Shown here: one piece after another, positions 44,767-46,305 of the stretch
How positions within the stretch are numbered: position 1 is the first letter of the stretch
How the letters are laid out: every line of letters begins with the position of its first letter
Source: Candidatus Magasanikiibacteriota bacterium
GTDB taxonomy: Bacteria > Patescibacteriota > Patescibacteriia > Magasanikbacterales > UBA922
Assembly: GCA_043825135.1 (NCBI GenBank)
Contig: JBDRSF010000022.1
Coordinates: forward strand, 1 to 46,305
Length of the DNA stretch: 46,305 bases
Direction: 5' to 3'
The notes under the pieces: model-generated
Databases searched by the model: none
Told to the model about the DNA's origin: nothing
The model's input: only the letters and a program-made list of their open reading frames with translations
Program-made: the position numbers and the translations under genes

Positions 44767-44892
44767 TAGCAAAAAACATAAAAATGCCGGTATTTTACAC
44801 GTTGTTTTTTACATTTTTGTAATTTTTTAGCTTAAATAAGCCAAAAACCTTATCAACTCTATTATACCAAAAAATGACAGAAAATGGAATCT

Positions 44893-46077
44893 CTACAACC
44901 TCTCATCCAACCCCCTCATTACCCTTTCAAACTCCCCTCGTCTTTCCTCTGGAACTGGATCACCAGCAGGTAGTTCTATATCCATCGGATTGACCAATGT
45001 ACCATGTTTTTTTATCTGATAATGCAAGTGTGGGCCAGTAGACCAACCAGTAGACCCCACATAGCCAATTACTTGCCCTTGAACGACTTTTGAGCCATAT
45101 CTGATACCTTTGGCATAGGTAGATAAATGCGCGTACTGGGTGGCATACACATCATTATGATGAATATCAATATAATTTCCATAACCGCCATTCCAACCAG
45201 CAAAAGTGACAGTACCATCGCCCACTGCCATGATAGGAGTACCCGCTGCAGCCGCATAATCAATTGCTCTGTGTGGACCAGTCAACTGAGCCACTGGATG
45301 AAAGCGAGCATAAGTATAACCTGAGGAAATATATTTATATTTAAGTGGTGCTTTTAAAAATTGTTTGATCATTGCCTCACCAACCTCATTATAATATGCG
45401 AGCTTGCCTTCATCATCTTCAAATAAATATGCTTTGAATTCTTCTCCCACATTTGTAAAACTTCCAGCCAAGACTTTATTTATTCCAACATACTCGCCGT
45501 CTCTATATCTCTCTTCAAATAAAACTTTAAAACTATCTCCCTTTCTAACTTCCACAGAAAAATCCACTGTCCAAGCAAACACATCTGCAAATTCTAAAAT
45601 TAATTCTTCAGTTAACCCCGCTTCCAATCCTGCCGACCACAAAGACTCTTCAATTGTGCCAGATAATTTATTTGTTTTTATTTCATATTCAATCAAAATA
45701 ATTTCACTTTTATATTCTCCATTTTCCAAACTCACACGCACAATTTCTTCCTTGTCTTTTTCATATTCAAAATAAGCAAGCTCGCCACTTTCATCATAAG
45801 CAAAACGAAGTGGTTGACCAAGCCTGATGCTAGTAAAATCATATGTACTAGACGCCGAATTCAAAATCTGAAGCATGTCTGCATAGCCAATTCCGTAATC
45901 TTCTAAAATTGTCGCAAAAGTGTCGCCATCTTGAACCCTACAATCCTTAATTTCTAGCTGTGGTTCAACTGGTAATATTATCTCTTGATTTTCCCCTGAA
46001 TCTACAGCATCCAAAATACTACATCCAGACAGAAATATGGAAAAAGCTAGAATTGTTAAAACAAAAATCTTGTTCAT
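44893..46077 (-). CDS. M23-family murein endopeptidase with N-terminal signal/lipobox-like sequence and OapA/LysM-like region
   Basis: HRAIDYAA...GYGNYIDIHH...GSTGWSTGPHLHYQI M23 motifs. N-terminus MNKIFVLTILAFSIFLSGCS. Confidence 0.9.
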   Translation of the reverse strand: MNKIFVLTILAFSIFLSGCSILDAVDSGENQEIILPVEPQLEIKDCRVQDGDTFATILEDYGIGYADMLQILNSASSTYDFTSIRLGQPLRFAYDESGELAYFEYEKDKEEIVRVSLENGEYKSEIILIEYEIKTNKLSGTIEESLWSAGLEAGLTEELILEFADVFAWTVDFSVEVRKGDSFKVLFEERYRDGEYVGINKVLAGSFTNVGEEFKAYLFEDDEGKLAYYNEVGEAMIKQFLKAPLKYKYISSGYTYARFHPVAQLTGPHRAIDYAAAAGTPIMAVGDGTVTFAGWNGGYGNYIDIHHNDVYATQYAHLSTYAKGIRYGSKVVQGQVIGYVGSTGWSTGPHLHYQIKKHGTLVNPMDIELPAGDPVPEERRGEFERVMRGLDERL

Positions 46078-46305
46078 AGTTTGTATATTTTACCTGAAGA
46101 TGGAAAATATTTCAAGAATATGTTCTCGCCGATATCAAATGCGACACATATTCCCCTCTCCTTGTAGGAGAGGGGTTAGTCAGTTATACTACAATCAATG
46201 ATATAATACATGGCAAAAGCTGTACACTCATCATCACCCCTTGGGAATTAAACCCCCTAAGAAAGTAAATGATGTATAGCTTTGGCCATCACTTGTTTTA
46301 ATAAA

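Overview
This is a 46.3-kb, gene-dense, AT-rich bacterial chromosome segment. My hand count of one ordinary coding line (10021-10080) gives 21/60 G+C. Nearly all genes between 286 and 35899 are on the minus strand.

Recognisable content is mostly housekeeping:
- Metabolism and repair: ahcY, a CaCA antiporter, a PfkB kinase, a class IV aminotransferase, gmk, glmS, a three-subunit 2-oxoacid:ferredoxin oxidoreductase, a short pyruvate kinase, pfk / class I fba / gap, xth, a Fur/Zur-like repressor with a ZIP transporter, lgt and an M23 peptidase.
- Translation and RNA: a TRAM-domain rRNA methyltransferase, rplS, an RluD-like pseudouridine synthase, tRNA-Ser(CGA), tRNA-Ile(UAU), and a 23S-5S rRNA unit with no 16S in the window.

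Small AT-rich genes, unlinked rRNA genes and many consensus TTGACA-N17-TATAAT promoters fit a reduced-genome Patescibacteria/CPR-like organism. That assignment is inference only.

The unusual parts are:
1. A GC-rich island at 1-2300 holds two tandem orphan-gene cassettes. They share a duplicated native-looking promoter/leader and 3' UTR motifs, are separated by a structured RNA-like segment, and abut an IS481-like element.
2. A third GC-rich, Trp-rich small ORF at 30307-30519 has its own consensus promoter.
3. The repeat load is very high: a RAYT gene bracketed by inverted REP hairpins with two 91-bp non-autonomous copies, a second degraded RAYT/REP set next to the 5S gene, several MITE-like families, and GC-rich palindromic elements sitting in frame inside conserved genes.
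4. Five tandem hairpins lie directly upstream of the 23S processing stem.
5. A small accessory patch next to tRNA-Ser carries a FAN1-like VRR-NUC protein, an Ltp-like protein and an XRE-plus-orphan gene pair.
6. A Panacea(DUF4065)-like / RelE-like gene pair sits just upstream of the rRNA unit.

No CRISPR array, reverse transcriptase or recognisable defence nuclease system was seen. All protein family calls come from motif recognition by eye, not from searches.
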